Assembly (NCBI GenBank): GCA_030141605.1
Contig: JAQGDQ010000015.1
Location: forward strand, 124,001 to 188,000
DNA: 64,000 bases
Direction of reading: 5' to 3'
Origin: Tubiluchus corallicola
Lineage: Eukaryota > Animalia > Priapulida
Shown: positions 52,516-64,000 of the stretch, in pieces
Layout: every line of letters starts with the position of its first letter
How positions within the stretch are numbered: the stretch's first letter is position 1
Program-made: the position numbers and the translations under genes
Notes under the pieces: generated by a model
Seen by the model: only the letters and a program-made list of their open reading frames with translations
What the model was told of the DNA's origin: nothing
Database searches by the model: none

Positions 52516-54323
52516 ACCAGTTACGGCATTAGTAAAAATAAAAGTTAATAAAACATTTACAAAATGCAGCATTTACTTCTTAAACGTCTATGTGTACAAT
52601 TTCAGTTAATTCTGAAAATCGCAATTATAACAAGGCCTGGATACTAATATTTACAATCAACCCTGCTACCACATAGCAATAATAGGGTTAATAGTAACAG
52701 AGCTGACAATTCAACAAAATTCACGTCTGGCAGACATTTGCTAATTTATGCTTAACTTCTGAAGCGGTTGCAGCTGACATAAGCTGGCGTAGTACCTTAT
52801 GTTGCTGACAAATTTTAGGTCCATATATAAAATGTTTGCTCTTATGATATAACGTAACAGCGAACATGTATAAGGAGATGCTGATTGTGTAGCAGACCAG
52901 TAACAGAATTGGCAAAAATTATATTATCAAAACATATATTCTGTATGAATGTCAGTTTCCGTTAACTAGTCTCCTAATACAACTTATATTTATGTTTCCA
53001 TAAAAGATTGATGCTCTATAGTTAATGTAGTGTATGATTAGTTAATGTCATGAGACATAAAACTGTACCCTACCCATAGAATGCCCCATTTCACAAATAC
53101 ATCCGGAAGTAGAACAAATTATTTTTGAAAGAAATCAAATAAAACAACGTGTGACACACACAAATTGGTCTAGAAGCACAGCTTGGCAGATCTATCTAAA
53201 ATTATGTATCTTAAACTACGTTTATAATGTGAATAACAATATGACAATTGACAAAATAAAAGTGAATAACTTGTGAGATCGAGTGCGAATGTGTCAAGGA
53301 AGACGTTATGACAAATATGAAGAACGAAAAGATGAAAATGTTAATTAATAAACTAAAACTGGATTGAGGGCAGAAACTACAAAATTAAGATCATCTGCTA
53401 ATCTATTTCATAGTTATACTTATACTTATCAGGAGATGTGATATTACAAACAACATTGTAATTTTATTGTATAAGCATTGTTGTCAATGTTAGGTGTGCA
53501 CGCACTCTACCAGTATGCTGATAACATGCAATAATTCTGGATCTCTATTATCTTACTAATTTGCCTTCAACATTTTTGCCTCATGTCTGTATGATATAAA
53601 TTAGCGATAAATATATAATGTTCTAGCATGTATTTATGCAGTAAGCATATAGGTACTCTTGTCATAGATTTATGATTCTTGTCAGTCTCGCACTCTACTC
53701 GTACATTGTGTGCAATGTGCATTGTAGACTTTTTTATTTCGTTTTATTTGTCGGAAAATAGCCTTCGGCTAATGTTATCTTTCAAGTATACCGGCTAATT
53801 TTTTTACTACTACTAGATGAGAGAAGCTGCTGAAATCATTTTTCCGTGCAATTTTGCCACAGGTGTCGACACTTTCTCTGTCATGGCGAAGGCACGTTTC
53901 AAGTATTTGAAATGAATTATATTTATGAGTAATGACAGACTAGTTAAAAAGGTAATATCTTTTGCAGTGTGTAGTAGAATAAGGTCTAAGTGGGTTAGCA
54001 GAACAACTTTTTAGCAGACAAATTTAATTTAGAAGTTTTTGGAAACATTTTGGTACTACGAGGACTTTCACAGGATGTGTTGAGGAAAATAAGACGTAAT
54101 TTTAGCGAAAAGGGTTGGAATCAGTTCATTTGAAAAAAGGTAGGGAAAGCGCGTACAACTATGGTAGGATAAACTTGAATCATGATCTACCGCTAATATG
54201 TATTTGAACATTAAACCACGATCAAAGCTGGATGAACGATATGTATAATGCCGAGTTGCTGGTGAGAGCAAGAATTGGTTCAATGGATATTAATGGAAAT
54301 CCATTATTTAGATGGGTGATAGC

Positions 54324-54820
54324 CAGGCTGCATAAGATTATGGATATCCATAAAATAAGACCAAAAATCCATAAAATAAAATTTGAAAAATTCCTAAAAT
54401 AAGAAATGCATAAAATAAAAAAATATTTTTTTGTGATTTTTTGTACAAAGTAACGAGTTGTAAGCATTGGCAACACTGAAAACGAACGTTAGAAGGAGAG
54501 AAAGAGAAAGAAAACAAACCAACAAAAGCGCATTTCCGGATTTGCTATTTTACATTGTTTTTTCTCATTGTCTTTTTGTTATCAAGATGGCGAAGTTTCA
54601 ACCAAATGAGCTGTAGTTTGGTCTAAAACCAAGTCCTGCGTGTTTAAAAACACGTTTCAAGCACTCCTGTTTTTACTTTTTAATTGATTTCCCCCTGGAC
54701 ATCTCGTTGCAGATATAGTCTATTTCTTATTTTATTGATATCCATAAAATAAAATTTCAAAAATCCATAAAATAAGCTATTTTATTTATTTTATACATAT
54801 CCATAATCTTATGCACCCTG
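54324..54820. mobile_element. hAT-like MITE
   Basis: TIRs CAGGCTGCATAAGATTATGGATA ... TATCCATAATCTTATGCACCCTG; TGATAGC on both flanks (offset by 2 nt on the right); internal CCATAAAATAA subrepeats. Confidence 0.75.
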
Positions 54821-54989
54821 GACTGATAGCTGAATGTGATAGAGTTTGTAAGTGTGGTTTGGACTTCGGAGAATCTACAGTACATTGTGAAAATGAAAGA
54901 AGTATGGCTATTTGGGAAGTAGTTTCAGATGAGGATCGTGTGATATAACTGTATATCACATTGTTATTCATGTTATAACACATGTGTAT

Positions 54990-56330
54990 AACATGAATAA
55001 AGAAGCAAATGTAATAATTGAAAACCCCAGTAGGATTAACAGAAGATATCAAAATATTGGAATCAGTGAGACAAGGCGCTCCAATTGCCCATATAAGACC
55101 AAAATTATATTCAATTGCACTGAATGATGTGATAAGTAATAATTTCCCATTTACATGTATAAGCCCTAATTTGACTATTGTAATAATGTTATTTGTAGAT
55201 GATGTGATAGCTTTAGGGTCTAAACAAACAATAAAGAAAGCGATAGAAAACTTTAAAGTATTGGAAAACACAAGGAGTTAACATTTAGTCTGAAGAAAAC
55301 TAAATATACGAAAACAAAATTTACTAAGAAAAAGGATAATGAAGAAATAGAAGGCAAGTTACAAAATGGAATAATCTAGAGGGTAGACCAGTATAAATAT
55401 TTAGGTGAGTGGTTAAATGCAAAATGCAACTGTGAATTATTACTTGAAAAAAGAATGGCGAAGATAAAGTACATGATAAGAGAAATAATGAGAACCGGAA
55501 ATGAACAAAATGTAGGTAAAAAAGCAACGGACGTAAGATTGCTTATGTATGAAACTATGATAATCCCGTCAGTATTGAACAATTGTAAAACATGGACGAA
55601 TATTAAAAAAGATGAATGGGAGAGCTTGGAAAAAATACAAAAGGAAATGCTAAGAAGAATTCTCAATCAAAAAAAAACTAGCACTCCGTACTGGTGTATG
55701 TTAGCTGAAACAGGTTTGTGGCCTATGCAAAAACGGGTTGACTATAAAAAGGCTATGTTTTATTATTCGCTGATGAACTCAGATGTAAACAAATTAGCAA
55801 AACAAGTAGTACTTGAGCAAGAAAAATGGACATATAAAAATTGTTGGTATTCAGAAATATGTGAATTCATAGATAAATATCGAAAAAAGGACAAGATCAA
55901 GCAAATAAAAAATGGAGAAATTAAAAAATCAACATGGAAAAAAATAAAAAAGCTATAAATCAAAAAATATTACAGGAACATAAAGATAAAGTCGAGACAA
56001 AATTATGATTTCTCGATGGTGAGAAATATGAGAAACAACGATATATCAGTGAGTTTCCTTGCAGCTATAAGAAAATGGAAATTAAATTAAATGTGAAAGA
56101 ATTTAAATGCAATTACAAAGGAAACAAATGAGAAGATTTACTTTGCCCTAAGTGTAGGATTCAGGAAGATACAGCAGAACAGGCATTAAGTTGTGAGAAG
56201 TCGGAAAGAATAATAAATAAGTATAATGTAAGGATAAAGACTATAAAAACAACAGAAATAGAAACCCTTGAATGATTAGTAAGAGCATTTAGAGAAATGA
56301 TGGAATCAAGAGAAAACATATAGCAGTTAT
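54990..56330 (+). mobile_element. Degenerate non-LTR retrotransposon RT/C-terminal fragment
   Basis: ESVRQGAP...MLFVDDVIAL (RT motifs B'/C), YKYLGEWLN, LLMYETMIIPSVLNN...STPYWCMLAETG and a late CPKC...EDTAEQ knuckle, with stops and frameshifts. Confidence 0.8.
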
Positions 56331-57420
56331 AACAAAATGTAATGAATGGGAAGGGTGGCACTTGTATGCAGAACTAGGAATGACCATATAATGATGTCAG
56401 AAGAAAGTAATCTGCTCTTGCACGCTTAATAGGTTGTGCTCACCTTGGAAAAGGTGAAATGGAGCCAGTGAACCACTGTGTGAGTTGGGTTCTGTTCCAA
56501 AATATTGATTGTGGAAAAAAGCTTCTTAGTGATACAATGAAAAAACGTTGTGAGATAGGAATCGTAAGCCTTCTCTAAGTTTGTGTTTTTTCTGCTGTGT
56601 AGCAGTTTTTACTGCTCACCTTGATCAAAAAAGTCTAGGTATTGAACTGATCAGAACTGAATTGTACTTGAAGGGAAGATCGATCAGCTGTCATGACAAT
56701 GCGTAGTTATGAAAAAATTGCTGTTTCACTGCTACGAACAATAAAATCGGAATAAGCACCAGTCTTTTAACAATTTTCAATGATTTTCTGGTGGGCATAG
56801 GATGAGCTAGTAAACAAACCGAATCTCGATTTTAGACACTATAGTTTCAGTATTAGACATTTCAACCTGCAGATGTCCAAAATATGGAGTCTCCACAAAA
56901 GTTTGGTTAGGTAGTCTGGACAAGGAGTGTTGTAGTGTGAGTAAACCTTTCTTGCATTTTTCGAACATGGAAATAAGTTCTTAGAGAAGGAGAATTGTTT
57001 TAAACCTTTAAATTATAATATGCTCATAATAAAAATTAATGTTTAAAATTATATCTCATAATAAAATTTTATGTTTAAAGTTATCTATGTGACAACCGTA
57101 TGTAACATAATAATCACAATTGCATCTATAGACTGGTATGCTTCCACATGTATTTATTTAAATAAGTTACAGTCTGGTGTGAGCTGTGCTGGTTGTAGTC
57201 TATACAGGCAGGAACTTAGTCAAGTTAGTGGCATTTTCTTCTACTATTCGCTTGACGATAACTTTGATCATACATTTACCGTTTCTAAATTCAATAGATG
57301 GTGAAAAATCATGAGATATTTTTCAAAATTGGAAGAAAGGGAAGTTGCGATTAAAATCGAGGGTGTGGGAATGTCTGCTCTATTACACTGGCTCAGGTTG
57401 TAATGACTAGTGGGCATTTG

Positions 57421-57820
57421 TATTCCTTTGCATTTATATGGAATATCAACCTATAATTTCAGGGTGTGTGACTTTATGTAATGACTTGCTCATGACTTGC
57501 TGAAATAAGTTAGTGCATGTAATTATCTGCCACGTAACCCAAATCCTGTTATCAGTGTTAAGTATCAGCTACACTTATTACAGAAGCCTTTTTGATCCTA
57601 CTGTTTGGAGTTCATTAAATTATTGCCTTTGCATTTATATGGAATATCAGCCTACAGTTTCAGGGTGTATGACTTTATGTAATACCTCATGACTTACTGA
57701 AATAAGTTAGTGTATGTAATTATCTATGTCATAAAGCTAAATGCTGTCATCAGTGTTAGGTATTAACTACACTTATTACCAGAAGCTGATTTGATCCTAC
57801 TGTTTGGAGTTCATTAAATT
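57421..57820. repeat. Diverged tandem duplication, unit about 200 bp
   Basis: CCTTTGCATTTATATGGAATATCA...TTTGATCCTACTGTTTGGAGTTCATTAAATT at 57425 and 57626, with scattered differences. Confidence 0.85.
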
Positions 57821-58120
57821 AGAATACTTAAAGATGTCTCTGAAACCATTTAAAATGAAAAACTTGTGGTTGGGCCAGAGCTGTGTGAAGTAGAATCAAG
57901 GCATTTAACTACACTTGCAGAAAAGTATTTCAAATGGCTATTATTACTATAAACTTTACATGATTCATGGTGCACAGCAAAGTAGAATCCAGTGCTTTAA
58001 ACTGTGGGGCTTAGTCAATGCAAATGTTTGCAGCAAGACCGGAACCTAGAGAGCCTGATTCAAGCAAGGCTACACCTCTGAAGTGAGCTGCTGAACAGGC
58101 ACAGGCACCTTAGACATAAA

Positions 58121-58541
58121 GGGGCCATCCACATATAACGGTATCAAGTTTAGGGTAGGTAGGTGGCAGGAGACGTGATAACACTATTAAACACGAGGTA
58201 GGTAGGTGATTTATCATTATCTGACTTCACACTTTTTTCATGTATGCCAGCAGCAGGCAAAGAGGATGGATCTGCAGAATGGGTCTGTGAGAATGAGTTC
58301 ATTAAATTGGGGCTGCCATTGCCTCCATCGCTGATGCCAATAGAATCCGTTGATGGTTTTCCTTTAATTAACACAAGTAATGTTGCTGCCTGTCCTTGGG
58401 AGAAGGAAGAATAAAATGTACAAAAAGCTACATTGGTGTGATATCGATATCAGTATAAGGGGTAGGTATATGGTAACGTGATTATAATGCAAGGTAGGTA
58501 GGTCCTCGAAATTGGCTAAAAACTTGATATGTGGATGGCCC
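58121..58541. mobile_element. PIF/Harbinger-like MITE upstream of DPM1
   Basis: TIRs GGGCCATCCACATAT ... ATATGTGGATGGCCC with AAA on both flanks; internal GGTAGGTAGGT subrepeats. Confidence 0.7.
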
Positions 58542-58867
58542 AAACAGCCAGAGGCAGTCTAGAGCGCTTAGAATCCAGACGGTCATGAGCCATTCATTGA
58601 CCAGTTTCAGCGTAAATTAACTTCGGTTACAAAACGTATGTACGTGACCGCCTGACTATTCATCCTGCCAATTTTCCATAACTGAGAATTTCTTCAACCA
58701 GAGTGCATGTAAGTACTAACTTGTAATATTTAAATTTCACTTTTTTTACTTTCAGTTGGTCTGAATACCATTGAACCTCAGCATCACTGACATACACGAC
58801 AGTATTTCATATCGTGGATTTGCTTCAGACTAAAAACATATGTTCATTTATATGCGTAAGGAATTAA

Positions 58868-59605
<738 letters not shown>

Positions 59606-60190
59606 AACAGCAGTTCAATAACAAACTTTGGTAATGGCAGTTGGTAAAGAATTAAAACACTAGAATGGTGAATGACCCTCTTGAACAGTAGTATTCCTGC
59701 ACCATAAAATGTTGATTTCATGATTTATTGAAAGGTGTAAATTTTTGTTCAAGTACATTATGAAGAGTACAAATGTAGTCGAGGCCTAATATCAAGCGCT
59801 GTCTATTGAACATTTAAATACTTAACTTAGGCAAGGTTACTATATATCTTTTTGATTAATAGATAAATGTGACAGAAATATAATAAGAAATGGCTTCCTT
59901 TTGTTTATTAGCATTTCTGCTTCAACAACCATATTTAATTTCTCTTTTAACTGTGTTTAAATATCATTTCAAAATTGATTTGATTTGTAATTACGTAATA
60001 CAGTGTATAAAGAAGCTTATTAATTGCCAGTAATTGATAACTACTTGGAAAAATCTAAGATTGAAAGTTCAGAATTAGCAATACAGCAACAAACACTACA
60101 AGCAACCACCTCAACTGAGTCTTTCAGAATGCAGAAGTCCTCTCACAATATGTGCAACTGATATCATGCGGATGAGCAGGTCTGTGATTC

Positions 60191-63100
60191 TCACTTTTGC
60201 AACTCGGGCGCATGTAGTTTCTTTCGTATTTCTGCCGCTCTGTGTTGTATTTCAGGCTGACTATCTGCTGACATGGCACTCAAAGACACGTCAATTTTCT
60301 TAATCAATTCTTCTGAGATAACAGTGTCTTTGCTACAGGAACTGGCTTTGTTGATCACTGTCTCTATGAGAGAAAGTGATTGCATTCTGATGTTGGAGTA
60401 CTTTGCTATGCCTAAAATGATAAAAGAAACACATGTAAATGACTTCCACCTTCAGAAAAACCTGTGCAGATAATCAAAACATCCTGTTCCTGTTCTCGGG
60501 GCACGTACAAGTGTTCCTTTCTCAGGGGGAATCGCATAGAATAAATGTGATCAATCACTTTAATTTATTAAGTGATTCGTCTTGTTTCTATTGCATTCCA
60601 AATATTAAATCCAGCATTGAATAGTGACATGGGAGGTATTTTAAAAGCAACTGTAAAGAACATACCTAAGCAACTGCATACAGGAGGGATTATCATTCCA
60701 AAAAGCTTTGAGACCATTTCAGAATTTGCTTGTATGTTTTTACTGTTTTCAGCGATTTGTAGTCTAAATAAACATATTGTAGTCATTATTAAGTGTATAC
60801 GAGTTGAAACAGTAATTATTAGCATTCAAAAAGAAAACTATAAGACCATTTTGAAACACAAATAACTTCCATTGCAATAAAAAAGCTGGTTCATTTTCAC
60901 ATATTTGATTTCTCTCTAAGTTTATTAAATCAGAATATACAGTCTAAAAAATTGATTTGATAAAATGATTACAAAAAGACCAATGCAAACCTGTCAACAA
61001 TTTTTCCTTGTGCCTTCAGAATCACCAGTTGAAGTTTCCACGTGTTAGTTGCCAGTTGCGAAGTCAACAATTCACATAAACTTTCCTGATATGTTTCTGA
61101 AATGAATAATTGCAAAACTTACAAGAATCTAGATAACCACAGAAACTGAATTGTTCAAGAAATCTTTCAGTCTATCAATAAAAATTTATAGTCAACATTT
61201 ACCAGAAGTTAAAACCTTACTCTGTGTTTGTGGATCAAATGGCCAAGCTTTCCCTAGTGCTTCATAGCTTACTTCCTGTAATCGTAACTTCAATAATTGA
61301 CTTTCACGCTTTTCTTCTTCATCGTCTGAATCAGTAGCCTCTTTCTGAAATAAGACGCTCGATTTACGAACAAGTAAAAAACTGTCACTTTAGAGTTTAG
61401 ACTAACAAAACAACAATGATTTACAAGTTCAGATGGTGCAATATAAAAAGTAATAAATACTTTTAATGATAAAAATTTGAATCAGCTGAATGTATTTTTG
61501 GGACCACTTCTTATATGCACAGCATCATTTTATGTCTGCTGCAACTGTGCTAATAGACAGTCATTTTTGACACTCTGCTTCATGCATCTCAACTAGGTAT
61601 TATTTTGATGGCCTGTAAAGTAGTCATTTCATGTTTCAATGTATTACTAAGTGTTCAGCTTAACGGTCTCTATCTGATGAATTTGGTCTGATTTTACACT
61701 CACTTTACCAGTTCTAAAGACCCAATATGCACACTGTTCACAAAGCATTAACTGCATATAAAAGCTATGAGTTTTTTTAATGTAAAAACAAACAATTCAT
61801 TTTTCAAACAATTTGAAGTATTTTAATTAAATGGTACAGCAAAAAAACTGAATAACATTTTATATTCAAATGCAACATACTTTTTGTAATAAAGGAAAGA
61901 TGATACCACTGAGGTCTGCAAATCTGTCCACTACAAGCTCTTCTAGAATGGTCCCTGTGCACCGAATTGCCACACATTTATATGTTAATTGTTCTCGCCT
62001 ACATTCTTTTAGCATTGCATCCTCAATAAGAGACACTGACAGTTCTGGTGCTCGTTCATCTTTTAAAATTTCCCTGCAATTATCACGACCAACAAATAGT
62101 ATCATCCGTTAGTTATTTTCAACTGTTTCCAGCCTCCCCAAAACCTGTTTATTCATGTTCCTATATGTCACACTATTACTTACACCAAAAAAGTTGATCT
62201 ATCCTAAATTAAAATTTCCTTGTCTGGATAAATACTAAGATAGATACAGATACGTTTTTCAAAGCTAATTACAATGCGAAATAAACAAAATTGCTTAGGC
62301 AAACTACAAAAACTCTATGAGGAGACAGTAACAGTTATGGAAGAATATGGTAGATTCGTCCCTAAAATTCAATTTATTTGATCTAAAAAAACAAAAGTAG
62401 TGTACTCCCTGTTTTGTGGTGTAATTGGGTACATGAGATCATACAGTTTAAAAAATATTTCTGGTAATCATTGGCATCACAAGAAAAATTACAAAAACCC
62501 CCGTCATCATAACTGATCATACTCTGATATTCTCCAGTGTCACATTCTAAACACTTTGAAGGTAAATAAAATCATTTATACTAAAACTTGTTTTGAAACT
62601 ATATTGCACAATGATAGCAAAACAACGGTTTATGATTCTGTTGAAAAGATAAATACAACTTGCATATTTATATGCTCAAAATTTGGAAATAAATAAAAAG
62701 GAAATTCTTATTTTGGATTTAACCAGTTGCACATATGTCAGTTGGTGAACAAGAACAATTTTTAAAGTTCCGCTTACTTGCAATTCGTACACAGTGCAGC
62801 CAGAGCTTCTAAAAGTGCCTCTTTGCCGTCCCATGTACGAGAAGTCAACCCGTCCAGCAGTGCATCCAACAGCTGCCTCAGGTGAACTGCACTTAAATTT
62901 TTACTCGACTTATTTGCTGAAAACAGAAAAAGTCTCATAACATCATTGGTATAATAGCTGAGCTTGAAAGCACAAATAACATCTGAAGACTAATACTATA
63001 CATGAAGAAAAAAAACTGCTGTTTTCACGACAGTTAGGGTGGTTCAGTAAAAGTGAACTACAAGACATGCACATGCCTAGGTCAATGATGTAATATACAT

Positions 63101-63328
63101 TGACCAAATAACATTAACTATTTAGCAATCAAAAAAGTGCAAAAACATTACCAATGGTTTCCATAGCAGTAGCAGCTTGAGCTTTTCTGTGCCATGAATT
63201 TGAGTTTAGACCAGCTTTTGTAATATCAATTAGTTCAGACAAATAGAGACGAATTCCTCCTTCCGTGCCAGGTGTGCATTCTGTCCACACGTCTTCAAAT
63301 ATGACTTTATCATTATTGCTTGGATCTT
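60191..63328 (-). CDS. ECPAS: Proteasome adapter and scaffold protein ECM29, last seven coding exons (63152..63328, 62778..62916, 61881..62073, 61221..61344, 60991..61096, 60666..60763, 60191..60411); 5' part lies beyond the window
   Basis: In-phase GT-AG exons encode VWTECTPGTEGGIRLYLSEL...SWHRKAQAA, GLTSRTWDGKEALL, LKECRREQLTYK...DRF, YEALGKAWP, TWKLQL and KYSNIRMQSL...DSQPEIQHRAA, matching the ECM29 C-terminus. Confidence 0.9.
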
Positions 63329-64000
63329 CTAAAAATAAAATGCTGCAAGTTAATTATTACATTTAGAAAGCATGAATTGTGTCTTCAAAATTATCACTTT
63401 TTACTTTTGGTGACGGGCATCAGAAATGTACTTTAGTCCTTATCCTCCAAGAATAAAATTGAGTCCTCAAAGCTTAGGATGCAAACAACAGCCAAAACTA
63501 ACATAAAGTGCTCACCAGCCAAAGAAATACTCTGAACAGGAAATTTATTAACATTAGTAAGGTTGCAAAATATTAAAATAGTAATGTTCTCATTCATGTC
63601 CAAATAAGCCTGGAAAACCTTGATCACTTACACTTATAGTCATGAATCAATTTTAATATCCTGATTAGAGGGCTAAACTTTTCCAAAAATCGTCAAAAGT
63701 AGCTTGCAAACCTGGTCTGGTTTTACTTTAGTTTCAAGTTCTCCATGAGAAATAAGCAATATCCACAAGAACTGCCTTGTTACAGGATCAAGACTGATCC
63801 AACTTATCTGTGAAAGTGTGCTTGCTCACAGTTAATTGTATTTCAATAGATAATGCAAAATAACTTCAAATTTCGCTGTTGATAAAAACAATATCTATAG
63901 CAGCGTCAATAACAAAACAACAATGATGGCAGTGGTGGAGGACAACGATGAAAAGTCTTGAAAACAACAACAGCTGCAATATATGAATACTTCTATACTA

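Noticed and set aside
34400-54000. Telomerase RNA gene or telomeric array near TERT
   Set aside because: Only isolated CCCTAA/TAGGGTT-type words; I saw no extended template, H/ACA structure or repeat array. An Infernal search would be needed.
63712-63807. Possible extra ECM29 exon (AG...GT bounded, open frame)
   Set aside because: The translation does not resemble the expected upstream ECM29 sequence and its phase does not match the 63328 acceptor.

Overview
AT-rich, intron-containing invertebrate (metazoan) genomic DNA. Host genes assembled by hand from GT-AG exons: a two-exon Fuseless-family membrane protein (+), a five-exon four-and-a-half-LIM (FHL-like) gene (+), an eight-exon ZRANB2 (-), an intronless DPM1 CDS (+) and the last seven exons of ECM29/ECPAS (-). 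Two things stand out. (1) A full-length, intronless telomerase reverse transcriptase (TERT) reading frame lies inside intron 1 of ZRANB2 on the same strand. It is interrupted by one in-frame TAG at a normally Gln position of RT motif B'. (2) A BEL/Pao LTR-retrotransposon gag (SAP + coiled coil + DUF1759) carries an intronless glycogenin (GT8) domain in its middle. The rest is LINE fragments, MITEs, a SINE and microsatellites. All calls come from reading the sequence and recalling family motifs; no database searches were run.
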